A stretch of 63,765 bases of DNA, filler included, from Rhabdomonas costata (Eukaryota): the NCBI GenBank assembly GCA_019059605.1. It is 53 parts of 53 records of this genome, joined end to end, with 100 filler letters (N's around TTAATTAATTAA, not from the genome) between each part and the next. Parts side by side here need not be neighbours in the genome. Positions count along the whole stretch, not along the records: positions 1 to 1,106 come from JAHMHO010028323.1; positions 1,207 to 2,312 come from JAHMHO010028324.1; positions 2,413 to 3,518 come from JAHMHO010028325.1; positions 3,619 to 4,722 come from JAHMHO010028326.1; positions 4,823 to 5,927 come from JAHMHO010028327.1; positions 6,028 to 7,132 come from JAHMHO010028328.1; positions 7,233 to 8,337 come from JAHMHO010028329.1; positions 8,438 to 9,534 come from JAHMHO010028330.1; 45 more parts are not named here. One strand, given 5' to 3'. Of the stretch, positions 1 through 11,842 are shown one piece after another; the first letter of the stretch is position 1, and the number at the start of each line of letters is the position of its first letter. Position numbers and translations under genes: made by a program. The notes beneath the pieces are model-generated. The model was not told where the DNA came from, did not search any database, and saw only the letters and a program-made list of their open reading frames with translations.

Positions 1-230
1 TCTTGACTCCGCGCAAAAGCAAAAGCTTTATGGCCCAATGCCTCTGTATCCCACTCATCTACTGTAAAATATTTCGGTAGCTGATGATGCCTTTCTGAAG
101 CGAACAGGTCAATGCAAGGTGTCGCCATCAAATTGTAACACATCGCTATAAAAATTGTCGGCTCTAACTTCACTTCTTCTTCCGAACCAAACTCTGGACA
201 ATTGGCTTGTCCTACAATTGGACGCAACAT
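1..230 (-). pseudogene. Dam-like DNA N6-adenine methyltransferase domain of the DIRS-retrotransposon type, partial (runs off the contig start)
   Basis: Manual translation from 230 down to 1, not in the ORF track because it has no stop: MLRPIVGQANCPEFGSEEEVKLEPTIFIAMCYNLMATPCIDLFASERHHQLPKYFTVDEWDTEALGHKAFAFARSQ. It fits the DIRS MT pattern P.IDLFAS..N/H.QLP.Y/F....D..A...DAF...W. The catalytic NPP(W/F) motif would lie just beyond the edge. Confidence 0.75.
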
Positions 231-1100
231 TACCTCTCCGTAAGCGTTATCTTGTGTGAACCTTCTTCATCCGTCACACCATGTGGAAAGTCGTCAAAAT
301 TTACTCGCAAAGCATCAAGAGACCCCACATGTGGCCCTTGAACTGCGGCATACACAGATCTTTCATCCGTTCTCCTCTGTAACTCTCTGAAACGCTCCGC
401 CATACTGTCTCCACAAGCTTTGGCTTCGGGGGAAACCTCCACCACCTGTGGTTCCACGTACGGCTCTGGCAGATGCTCTGTAAACTGTTCGCCATCTTCC
501 GGCCATCCACTCCCTGAGCCTTCTTTGCATAACTCCTCCAGATCTGGCTCTGTACGGGTATGGTACTGCTCTGGTTCTGCTGCCACAACCTCGTCCCCTT
601 CTGGAAGCTCTGCGTCTGTGTGTCCATGTCATACTCCTCTTGTCTAGCAGGAACCTCTAAACTCTCTGGAACCACCTCACCTTCCTCTGCGTAAGGACTC
701 CACACTGGGTCTAACCCTCGAACATCTTCCTCTTTGCCTTCATCTTCTCCGTAATCCGGACTCCGCAATGGAGTCTGTCCTCCACTCGTCTCGGATATTG
801 ACATCTCTGAACTTACCTCTGAAGCGACACTCAGACCTGTGTATGGGATTGGATCATCACTTCCTCCGTACTCATCTGGAACGCTGTCCCTTGGATCTTC
901 ACTGCCGTCCGCCTCATCCTCCGGTAACATTCCCACGTGGTCGAGCACTCTCGACTCGTACGTGCTTTCCCCCGCACCTCCTGTGGAATGTCCATCACAA
1001 AGGTTGTCTCCGTAATCTTTTTAATGATGGCGAACGGTCCCACTGCTTTTGGGTGGTCTCCAAACCTCCCGTGGTAATGCTTCCGCTTACTGATCAACAC
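1..1100 (-). mobile_element. Decayed Ty3/Gypsy-like pol 3' region: integrase GPY/F module, acidic linker, Dam-like methylase
   Basis: 1100-960 encodes LISKRKHYHGRFGDHPKAVGPFAIIKKITETTFVMDIPQE (PK..GPF.I......F..D.P is the GPY/F module). Acidic ORF pieces 948-301 and 586-230 and the methylase frame follow on the same strand, with about 3 frame shifts and no splice signals. Confidence 0.65.
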
Positions 1101-1106
1101 ACACCC

Positions 1107-1206
1107 NNNNNNNNNNNNNNNNNNNNNNNNNNNNNNNNNNNNNNNNNNNNTTAATTAATTAANNNNNNNNNNNNNNNNNNNNNNNNNNNNNNNNNNNNNN
1201 NNNNNN
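1107..1206. other. Artificial contig linker N44-TTAATTAATTAA-N44 (first of 52, about every 1.2 kb)
   Basis: An identical 100-bp spacer with stops in all six frames recurs 52 times. The contigs between are nearly all ~1.10-1.11 kb. Confidence 0.99.
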
Positions 1207-1351
1207 GCTTTGTGTCCAGGGTAGTATTCCGGTTAGTGCGCTGAGCTTTGTGGGTCGGGTCATGGTTTTATGCCTTGTGGTGTCATTGCGTATTCTGATG
1301 TTGCGTCCGCTTTCATGGTTTCGTGCCTTCCTTTTGTTCCTTCCTTTCCGG

Positions 1352-1652
1352 CTTTGCACTCCCAAGTAAGTATCCAGGTCTCGTGTGTGTGTATTCTTTG
1401 CACTCCCAAGTAAGTATCCAGGTCTCGTGTGTGTGTATTCTTATGGTGTGTTGGTGTCGAAGTGTGTCGTTGTGTCGGTTTCAGAGGTCTGTAGCAACCA
1501 TGCTCATTGTGTCAGTCAACCATGCCGTGTGTCTACCATCCCGTGTGTGTCAACCATGCTCACGATCTACCATGCTCTCAGGTTCTGTGTGTGTCAACCA
1601 TGCTCTCTGTCTCCGGTTCTGTCAACCTTGCTCTCTCTCTACCATGCTCTCT
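1352..1652 (+). repeat. 44-bp tandem duplication followed by a degenerate CAACCATGCT minisatellite
   Basis: CTTTGCACTCCCAAGTAAGTATCCAGGTCTCGTGTGTGTGTATT x2 (1352-1439), then about 7 C(A/T)ACC(A/T)TGC motifs at 1495-1652. Confidence 0.85.
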
Positions 1653-2021
1653 GTTGCTGTGTGCTTGTACGGGTTTGCAAGCATGGGGACCACCATGGGC
1701 CGGAACATGGAATGGAGCCCCCCTTTGGGACCGCCCTCCGGGCACACATGCATTGTGGGTCGGGGAGTGCAGCGGTTGGGGTCCCTTGAGCACGGGTGTG
1801 CGGCAAATCGGCGGCCATTGTACCAACCAAACTGCTGTGCCTGAGAGACTGTGAAACCCCAAGAAAGAAGCGACCAGACCTTCTGTATGGCTGGGGAAGG
1901 ACGGCATGACTGGGTGCTGGATTTGTGCTGATCCGCCAGCACGGCTGTTGCAAATCGTCGAATGCCTTGTCGTTCCTTTGCTTCTCAGCCTTGCGTCCTC
2001 TTCGACACAGCCCCAAACCAA

Positions 2022-2312
2022 ATGTCGATGTCCTACAACATGAGCGGCATGAGCATGGGCGCGATGCCGATGACCTCGAGCGGGATGCCGATGATGGGCA
2101 TGAGTGGGATGCCGATGACCAGCAGCGCGATGCCGATGGCGTCGAGCGGGATGCCGATGATGGGCATGAGCGGGATGCCCCAGGCGGGAATGATGAGCAC
2201 GGGCATGAGCGGGATGCCGATGATGAGCACGGGCATGAGCGGGATGTCCATGGCCTCGAGTGGGATGCCGATGGGGTCGAGCGGGATGCCGATGATGAGC
2301 ACGGGCATGAGC
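2022..2312 (+). CDS. N-terminus of a Met/Ser/Gly/Pro-rich low-complexity repeat protein (partial)
   Basis: Pyrimidine tract and CAG at 2008-2010, ATG at 2022, then 97 codons with high GC3 made of SGMPM repeats, open to the contig end. Confidence 0.75.
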
Positions 2313-5300
2313 NNNNNNNNNNNNNNNNNNNNNNNNNNNNNNNNNNNNNNNNNNNNTTAATTAATTAANNNNNNNNNNNNNNNNNNNNNNNNNNNNNNNN
2401 NNNNNNNNNNNNAAACATAGCAGAATCGTCACCACACGATACAGACACCACAGCACAGCACCCCAGAAACAGCCCGCGCACACAACCCCAAAAACAACAT
2501 CACGGGGTTATGCGACATGGCAGGTAAACACCAATGGCGTCGGGGTGGATGCCATGCCTTTGACCACCCACCGTGCCACAGTGGCACCACGACATGACCA
2601 CTGGGAGGGCCTAGGGATGAACCACACTACGCACCATGACGGCATGCCACAGCAATCACCGCAACAACATCAAACGTTGGACTAACAAGGCTATCACACC
2701 AAAGCCTCGGAGCGACACTATTCCAAAACCACCGAGCAGCATTCAATGCTATTACACAACGAGACACGGCGCGCCCGGGAAGGGACGAAGAGGAAGAACC
2801 AGAAGACTTGGTCATCCCGGAGGCCTCAACCGGCGCACGGTTAGCAAGGCGGTCAAGCGGGCAGCGGGGAATAACACGCGCGTGCTGGACAGGACCGAGA
2901 TGTAGTGTGGAGGACGGTAACCGCTGAGGGGGACGACGAGAGCAGCGAGCAACGCATCCCGGGGGTCGCGGGGGACTTCTCCCCTGCGCCGGTCCCCGTC
3001 CTAACCGGCGAGTACCAAGGCCCAACCCCAAGGCTCGACAAGCCGGGGCAGCCACCCGGGCTCACGTTGGGCTGCGCGACCTCCCCTCGGTAGAGGTTCT
3101 GCCCCTACTTCGGGAACCAGTTCCCCCGACCAGCGCCCCACCCTTGAGCTACGCGGGGAAACCGCATATGACGGTTCACGCCTGAACGCGGTTCCCACCC
3201 CGCGCGCCCCAGAGGACTCCAGCGCCGGGGCGCCAACCACGTACCCACAAGCGAGACTCCTATGCAACGCCGACGCGGGGAGCTGCGTGGCCCATCCCCC
3301 CCATTTTGTGGTCGTTAAAGCCGAAACGCGTCTTTAGGCGGATTTGAGGTTTTTTGGAGCTCTGGTGAGGGATTCTCGCGGCCATTTTCAATGAAAAACG
3401 GGCTTTTTTGGCCTCCAAAAGGCTTGAACAAGGGTCAAAATGAGGGAATTTTCGAGCTGTTTGGTAAAGTGGTGCTTGCTTTGCTAGTATGTGCTTGGGT
3501 TCCAATAGCCGCAAACCGNNNNNNNNNNNNNNNNNNNNNNNNNNNNNNNNNNNNNNNNNNNNTTAATTAATTAANNNNNNNNNNNNNNNNNNNNNNNNNN
3601 NNNNNNNNNNNNNNNNNNTTGTTGTTTTGAAGTCACGTGCACACGTTCTGCAGCAGAGCAAGGTTCGCGCATTGGGATAGATTGCGTTGGATTGTAAGAG
3701 CCCATCTTCTTGTTTTTATCCCCATACACACAAGAAAACGGCTTTATCGAAGACCAAGAAGGCGCACGCACGTTTTGTCCGTCCAAAGGATGTGTCAGAT
3801 GAAGGTGTGTCGTGGTGGCTCCCTGCGTCCCTCTCCCCCTTGTTCTTGGTTCTTTCCACACATTTCTCGAACTTTCCACATCTTTTTGTTTTGATTTTTT
3901 CGAAGAAGTTACGGCATCAATGCAGGGTATCAGTGCAGACAAAAGCACAGTGCTGGTGACATGACGAAAGAGCAAAAAAAAAGATGAGAAGTGGGAGAGA
4001 AAGGCAGCGAAGAGATGCGGGCCATTTTGTTTTTATCAACGCTTGTACGTGCAAATTCGCTTGAGATAACATGGATATTTTCGAGGAGCGGAGGGAGCAA
4101 AATGGAAATAATAATACAGTTGAACTGGGTACAGCACTGGTATTGGAGGGGGGGTTCATTCTTTCCTTGATGAACTTGCCTTTAGCAAATTTTTCTATGT
4201 GTGTTTCCTGCCTCAGGGTGTGTGTTTCCCACGACCTCCACTCTGCCGCCGAGGCAGGTGCTCCGGCCCCCCTCGGAGTTTGACTGGTCGGCGGCGCAGG
4301 AGGAGCTCCGCAAGGCCGCCGCGTCCACCCTAGCCAATTTCGAGGTGTCCCCTCGCATACGCGCGCATGCAAATTAGCTTTTAGTGCGGACTACGTTGTG
4401 CCGACTTTCATGAATTCTTCAAGGTAAAAGAAAATGACAAATCTGGGTTACAGTTCCCTGGGTCTGGGCCCGGCTCAGTGCACAGACCGCAAAACCTCTG
4501 GAGCGACACTGCATGGCTGTGTCTGACTGACATTGCTTTGACGTTGCTTTCCTCAGTTGCGGCCAGTTCCCCCACGCGCACGCATACCTTTCCTTTTTGT
4601 GATTCAGGCGGAGCTGACCACTTCGCCGCTTTCCCGGGACGGCGAGAGCCCACCATCGCCCCTATTCCGGAGCAGCCCGGCCGCCGAGGCCGATGCCAGC
4701 GGCGGGCAGCGCTTGTGGCCGCNNNNNNNNNNNNNNNNNNNNNNNNNNNNNNNNNNNNNNNNNNNNTTAATTAATTAANNNNNNNNNNNNNNNNNNNNNN
4801 NNNNNNNNNNNNNNNNNNNNNNCATTCTGAACGTCCAACCGACTCATCATGGGGTAGTACAAGTCCACCTGCAAAGCGAACCCGCAAGCAAGCGCGAGCG
4901 CACACATACTTTGGTATCGTCTTTTCCGCGGGGAAAAGACTACGGAAAATCACAGCAAAAAGGACAAATTTCGTCCGGCGGACAACCTGCAAGGAATGCA
5001 GGCCCGGTTTCTGTCCATCCTAACCAGAACGTATATAAGTGACACAGTGAGAAAGAATGAGAGCCACGGGAAACATCGAGGAGCAAGTAATGCTTTGGAC
5101 ACACTGTAACTTGGATATTCTCCATACACCCCGCTGCAAACCCCCGTGCCCAACCCTGTCGTCGGACTCACAACAACACAACACAACACAACACATGCGC
5201 ATGTGCGAATAGCAGTGATAATGCACCGAAAAAAGGAAGGCACAACTGAAACCCTAACCCCCCCCCATCCCGCTAAAGTGCAATACACACTTCTTTCCAG

Positions 5301-6521
5301 AACTCTTGCTTGAGTTTGTAGAGTCCTCTGGTGCTCGCCGAAGAAGGTGGAACAAAGGTCGCTACAGCAGCGAGGAGCTCATCCAAAGATGTTTTCAAAT
5401 CTTCCTCCTTCGAAACAAATGGTGACGCAGTGCAAAAGAAAGACAGCAAAGAGCAGTCCGAATTTCACTTGCCATAACCTCTTCATCACAATGTACGCGG
5501 CAGAAGCGAAGAAGCCAGAGGGGAGGGTTGGGGGGCGGGATGCAATTCAATCGACACATTCGCCAATGCGCACCTCTTCCTCCGGAGTCTGGTACTTCGG
5601 GGTGGAGTCCACTAACTCGGAGTGAGTGCAGTCCTTGATCGCAAGCCGGTGGATAAGAAAGCGTCGCATCCGATCAGCAGTGGTATGCCCGCAGTTAGAG
5701 CGGTCCAGCACAACCCCAAGCAAGGTCGCCAGAAGGCCTTCCCCGCACAAGCGCGGCTCGATGACGAGCTCCCCGGGACGGGTAGGAGAAATGACGGGGC
5801 ACTGCACTGGGTCCTGCTTCCATATGAACAACTTGCCCTTCTGCAGAAAAAGTGGGAGCTCCGCGAAAACACCATACACATCATTCGCAAGCTACCCACA
5901 ATTTCCTTCCGACTTTCCACAAACACCNNNNNNNNNNNNNNNNNNNNNNNNNNNNNNNNNNNNNNNNNNNNTTAATTAATTAANNNNNNNNNNNNNNNNN
6001 NNNNNNNNNNNNNNNNNNNNNNNNNNNGGTGGGTGGTCGTCGCTTGCCAAGGGTCGGGAGTGTTTTTGTTGAGACAATTGTGTGTACATCGTTTCCGCCA
6101 CATTTCTTATGCCACGGCGATGCCGAAAGAAAGCCGGTAAGGTCTCCTATTTCGTCGAAAAGAGACACATCTGTGGAGCGCCACGTTTGCGGCGCGCCGG
6201 CCAGAGAATGGCCAGAGGATTCCATGCAAGAAGAGGAGAGAGGAGAAGAGAGGCAGATTGGGGCGACTACAGGTTTGGCGCCCCTTGAACCCTAACGAGC
6301 CAATGGTGTTTCCTAAGGGCCTTGCTGGAATGGGGTAACCGCACCTCCGAGCATTCTCTAAGTAGAAGAAACACTCGCAACCACGCCCGCTGGAGGCAGA
6401 ACAACCTCTACAACAACGACTGCCTCCTGAAAATAATTTTCATCTATGTGCGTGTATTGCTATCAGGTTCGCGAGGTGTGCCAAGTGCTAAGGACCTCAT
6501 GGCCTCCTCCTCCTCAGATAC

Positions 6522-6748
6522 CTCGCAATCTTCGCGCAGTGGGGACAGACGAGGTATTTCTGAGGGGAGCTAAGACGAAGCTGTGTCAGGGCCTCCTTTA
6601 GGGTGGAGTTGGGGTGGGCCTGCGAGGGGTCCAGCCCGGCCTTCTCCTGGCGCTCCGCCAGGCCCTCACCAAACTTCGCGGGGTTGCCCACGGTGGGTGG
6701 GGCAAGCGCGGCGGCCAGCCTCGCAACCTCCGTGCGCAAGGCAGTCAC
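6522..6748 (-). CDS. Internal exon of an unknown protein ending in a CxxC motif
   Basis: TTTTGTAAG| acceptor and AG|GTATCT donor; VTALRTEVARLAAALAP...KYLVCPHCAKIAR. Confidence 0.5.
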
Positions 6749-7691
6749 CTTACAAAAGAAAAAGGACAGAACCAACACCATAGCATCACAAATACATACC
6801 TCCTCAAGGTGTTGCCTTGCGTATATGTATGTCAAGCATATGCAGAACACATAAAGACAGTCGGTACTCACCAGACCAAACAGGTAGGCAGGCAGGCAGC
6901 CGGAGTAGCTGGACGGAAACCGGCACAAATAATCTCGCTGGCAGCGCGGAGACACCATTGTTTCATCACACAAACACAAACAAAAGCTTCCCTGGTCCAC
7001 GAGCCCTTTGACCGTTGGTCTTGATGAACGTGTCCGCTGGGTCCCATGGAGCTACTTGGCCTCCTCAACCCTAAAATGCACGTTGAGTTCACTCAACGTC
7101 TCCCCGCCTCGTCCCACCAAACACCCAACACANNNNNNNNNNNNNNNNNNNNNNNNNNNNNNNNNNNNNNNNNNNNTTAATTAATTAANNNNNNNNNNNN
7201 NNNNNNNNNNNNNNNNNNNNNNNNNNNNNNNNTGTGACTCCCAGATGAACAAATGCCCCCCCCCCACGTAAAAAACCACGAACTACAAGAGCGAGTGGGA
7301 CCGTGCCTGTCATCCTGTCTAGAATGGCTGCCCACGGGGGAGGGCTGCGGCAAGGACTCGCGACTCCCGCGGCGCGCGCCTTCCGCTGCAGCAGATGACG
7401 CTGCGGAAGGGATCTCGACAACGGGGTCCGGCCGCTGTGGGGTAACGCTGGGGTACGCCTGTGCATTAGCGGATTTCAGCGCTTTTGGAGCAGAGAGAAT
7501 AGAATGTGGGGTAGCACAACAGCACTATGTAATTGTGTACAGCACACATATCTCAGTGTGAAAAAAGCACCTCGCTTTTCTTTTGTTTCTCCCTTTGCTT
7601 ACTTGTGCTGCCCCACAATCAACAGGCCACATGGACCCTTCACCATGGATGAGGGCAGAGGGAGGTCACGAGACCGCGGGCCGAAACTCAC

Positions 7692-7848
7692 GGAAGAGGG
7701 AGCTCCGGGTGGGCTTGTAGATGCTCTCAATCTCCTTGCCCATCTGGTCGTACCAGTACGGAAGGATGTTCACGCGATTCCCATGCAGCGTGGCCGTGGC
7801 ATGGCCAAACTTGCTGAACTTGGGTACCGCCTCCACGAACTTTGAGTC
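7692..7848 (-). CDS. Internal exon of an unidentified protein
   Basis: CAG| acceptor, |GTGAGT donor and high GC3; DSKFVEAVPKFSKFGHATATLHGNRVNILPYWYDQMGKEIESIYKPTRSSLF. Confidence 0.6.
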
Positions 7849-9636
7849 CTGGCAGCCGCCCATGCCGCGGAGTGTTGATGCGCCACCCAAAAATGCGAAG
7901 CACCCCCCTCCCCCCGCTTTTAATCATGTCCATTTTTCCTGTTCCCTGTTTTCAAACACCCCTTTCCCTTCCACTCAGCAACTACGATGTTATGCGCCAG
8001 TATCTGGGCATCATCAGAAGCGGTTAGCCCTACTGCCCAAGTACCCGATGAAGTTGATGGAAGTGGAGCAAACAACGGTTGCGGCGAAGCGGGTGATGTT
8101 CGTTCAGGTTGTGAGCGACAAACGTGTTCCATTTTGGATATTGGCCGGACGATGGACTGGAACCATGCATGACCCTGCAGAACCGAGAGCAGATACGCCA
8201 CCACACACGCCCGATACCCTTAGATACTCCACCCCCGCAACCGATACCCCAACACACGCATACGTCAGCCAACTGCAGAACTTCAACTGCACAATATCCA
8301 CCGGCAGCTACAACACATCTGGGGATGATCGTGTTTTNNNNNNNNNNNNNNNNNNNNNNNNNNNNNNNNNNNNNNNNNNNNTTAATTAATTAANNNNNNN
8401 NNNNNNNNNNNNNNNNNNNNNNNNNNNNNNNNNNNNNGGGGTGGTGTGGCGAACGGCAATGCGCTGATTGGTCTCTTCTAGAAGAGTACCCTATTGTAAA
8501 GGAACTCAGAATGCCGACTGACGAGCAATGCGGTGTAAGGCCTCATTCCCCGTGGCGAATCAGAGAACCCAGAGAACCAGAAAATCAAAGTGACCAAACC
8601 CCGTTCTCGAATTTTGCCAAAAATACTCGGTTTTTTTATTTGCTTTGTCATTGCTTCCTCACGAGCAATGAAGCCACCCCATTTTAAACAAGACGGGTTA
8701 GGTGCAAGACAATAGCGTTTCGCTCCAGCCCGCAGGCCGCATCCCTTCTCAGCTCTTCGGCGCAGGCGTACGAAGCCCAGCCCATGGAAACATCCAAAAC
8801 ATACACACAGGCAAAGAGCATGCAGTTTCAATCGGTGCGGTGCACTGTACATGGCAGACAAGCCGGGCAGCCATATGGACAAAGAGGAGAGGAAAACTGA
8901 AGGAAAGATCTGAGAAAGAGTGAGCCAGGGAGGGGGGAGAGAGAAGCACGCTGGCATAAAGGGAGACTGAGACGGGGACATTGCGAGACTTCTGGCTGCA
9001 CGCTAAGAAACAACACCGCTAAGATTGCTAAAAAGGAGAAACCTAGTGGTGCGGGTCTGAAATTCAGGACGGACGGGTCCATCCCATCCCATCCCCACAC
9101 TGTTGAAGAAGACAGCGCAGGCAAGATTATAAAAAGCGCAGGCGCACGCACATGGAGGCAAAATCATAGACACACAGGCAGAGGTGAGGACTCCCTACTG
9201 AAAGGGGGTCCTCTTCTGGGGACTGGTCACCCACCACGCAGACATTCACCCGCTGGAGCTGCAAAAGTACCAGACCTGCAAAGGCGGAGAAAGGTTTTTG
9301 CACTTTGGACCGGAACCCTCTTCCCCCACACCAGTCTGGGCTAAAGTGATATTTTGGGGAATTTCAGGAACGTCTTTCTTCCGACGTTTCTCGCGCATAT
9401 TTCACCTACCATCCCGTTTACCCACCACCCCAGCAAAGCTGATCGGTGACTGATCACCAGTAAACCAACAGGGTACATCGAAAAAAAAAGCTAAAAGGGA
9501 ACAAGACAGAAAGTACCCACAGAGCACAACAAACNNNNNNNNNNNNNNNNNNNNNNNNNNNNNNNNNNNNNNNNNNNNTTAATTAATTAANNNNNNNNNN
9601 NNNNNNNNNNNNNNNNNNNNNNNNNNNNNNNNNNGG

Positions 9637-9810
9637 TGGGGTGTCGTGACTTCCGAGAGTTCGTGAGTCTCAAGCATAAGACAGAAGTTTAACCGATGGT
9701 GGTGGCAACCGCGGGCAGGCCCTTCCGCAGGTATGGCACCACAACTACCATCGGTTAAACTTCTGTCTTGCGCTTGAGACTCACGAACTCTCGGAAGTCA
9801 CGGCACCCCA
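9637..9810. repeat. Long inverted repeat (64-bp arms, 46-nt loop) at a contig start
   Basis: 9637-9700 is the reverse complement of 9747-9810 with 3 mismatches. Confidence 0.95.
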
Positions 9811-10839
9811 GCCCCCTCAGCCCCGATGGAATCTGCTGATACTAATCAGCAGACGTGGGAGGCGGTCGAGGAAAGACCGCCCGAGCAGATAGGCACGAAA
9901 GGTCCAAAGAAATTTGAGAATGTACTCAAGATAAAAGATATAGGTAAAGGAGCGATTCTGGAGCGAGACGGAAACTGGGACAAACCGCTGACAAAGGGCA
10001 CCGCCATCATGCAAATCAAGTCAGTCAAGTCAAGTATTGCAAAGGAGATGCCACTCATTTAATAGTAGCCCCAGTTCAAAGAAGGACAGTTCCATAAACT
10101 CAGAAAAGTTGAAGACGACCTCTTAAAGCTCTTTTTGCCGTTTATGTTGGTGTGAGCTGCGATACCAAGGTACCAACTCGTCCTCGCTCGTGAGTCACTC
10201 CTGGAAAGGTATTCAGGGCTTCCGCAATACTTTCCTTTTTGCTTGCTTGTGGGATTGCTTAACGCTTCTTCATTGTCTTAGTGTTGCTGAAGTGGGCATT
10301 TTCTCTCCTTGCCTCTGCTTTGCAACACACCTTTGCCCCTGTGCCGTCCAGTCCTATTTCTACCGTAAATCAGTACATTCCTTGCACCCATACTGAGAAC
10401 TTTTTTGCTGCCATCTACAGTCCTAAATCCATCCAAATATCTATCCATCCACAAACTCTTCCCAGCTCACAGCTAGCTTCTCGAGCGCCTCCCCATTCAA
10501 ACCCACACATCGAGAACCCCAGATCTCTTGAGGGTGGGTTGAAAATAGTCCTTCCTTTATCTCTGACCGTCGACTAAAGCCCTATTCTCACCGCTTCCGA
10601 ACGCAGCCGTTTAAGTTGCGATCATAAAATAGCTGCAAAAATGCACCGCAAAAGCAAGCACAACACAAGATGTACAAGACACTGAAGACTGCAGCCCCGC
10701 AATCGGCGAAGACCAAACCACCCAAACGCACACAACACANNNNNNNNNNNNNNNNNNNNNNNNNNNNNNNNNNNNNNNNNNNNTTAATTAATTAANNNNN
10801 NNNNNNNNNNNNNNNNNNNNNNNNNNNNNNNNNNNNNNN

Positions 10840-11842
10840 GGTGTAGGATGTGCATGCGCTCGTCCGGGTTCCGCGAGACAAGCACCCCGAAGATGTTGGT
10901 GTAAAACATTTCGAAGTAGTGTGGAAACACCTTCGGGGTCCAGGCGTTGATAATGGTCTTGGCATCACAGCGGTCATCAGGATTGAGCTGCAACAAAAAT
11001 GCCCCGAAAGCTATCGATCGCGGGAAGCCCACCGGTCATCGAGAATTGATCGAGATGAGAACGGAAGAAAAGAAGGTCAACTGCGACCTCCCCCTGACAT
11101 GGCTTTGGTGGTTTTTTTCATACAGCACCAGCCACCAGGTTCACCGAACCCTTTTCTCGATTCAACCAGAAGGTTCAAAAGCTTTCAAAAACCACTGTAT
11201 GCGGTTGCCCATGTCCCGGGACCCTCTCCCCTCTCCGCGCACAGTCCCACTTTCATTCTCGTGCTTGTGGTGCACCACACTCCGCGCATTTCACTGCGCT
11301 TGTAGTTTGTGCGATAATGTGTGGACAAGCGCAACAACTTTTAGACCTGTAGCATCTGCCGCAGCATAGCACAAACTTCCAGAGGAACCTTTCGGTCTTC
11401 CAGCACTGAAAAAGGGTCGAAGGTGCCCTTCCGATATCTGAAGAAACAAGCGCATATAACCACTAGGGTCAATTACAGCAAAGCATTGCAACGCGTGCGC
11501 AGAAAACACCAAGATGTGTTTCTGCACAAAAGCCATTTAGTTCTCGTTCTCAAGTTGGGTGCATTCAACCACGGACGGTTTTTCAGCGAAAGAAATGAGA
11601 TTGCAAAATGGCCATTTAACGTGCAAATTATTGTTCGGTACTCGCTAAATCATCAACCATCAAAACGCGTGAGCTACCCCAGCGCAGAGGAGCAGGAGGC
11701 ATACGCCAGCAAATTGGGCAAAGTGAACAGAGCGTCCCCATTCATGAAAAGCTGTGCAATGACACAGCCCGCAGAAAAGACGTCCATCTTCTCGGTGACA
11801 GGGGCATCCGCTTCAAAGCACATTTCCTTGGGATCGTAGAAT
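10840..11842 (-). CDS. VPS15: VPS15 / PIK3R4 kinase domain, three exons (11842-11705, 11437-11347, 10987-10840)
   Basis: Phase-consistent GT-AG splicing gives RFYDP...[38 protein letters not shown]...RQMLQLNPDDRCDA...KVFPHYF...PDERM. This matches PIK3R4 [23 protein letters not shown].G. Confidence 0.93.

Noticed and set aside
228-232. TAATG stop-start overlap as programmed translational coupling to the methylase
   Set aside because: The element has several other frame breaks, so a decay frameshift between 266 and 232 is the simpler explanation; an intact copy is needed to decide.
1352-1652. Repeats with variable spacing resembling a CRISPR array
   Set aside because: The units are degenerate and tandem, the spacers resemble each other, the context is eukaryotic and no cas gene is present.
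3141-3177. Minus-strand GAACCGTCATATGCGG...CCGCGTA resembling group II intron domain V
   Set aside because: The 3' strand of the lower stem, the AC bulge and domain VI are missing.
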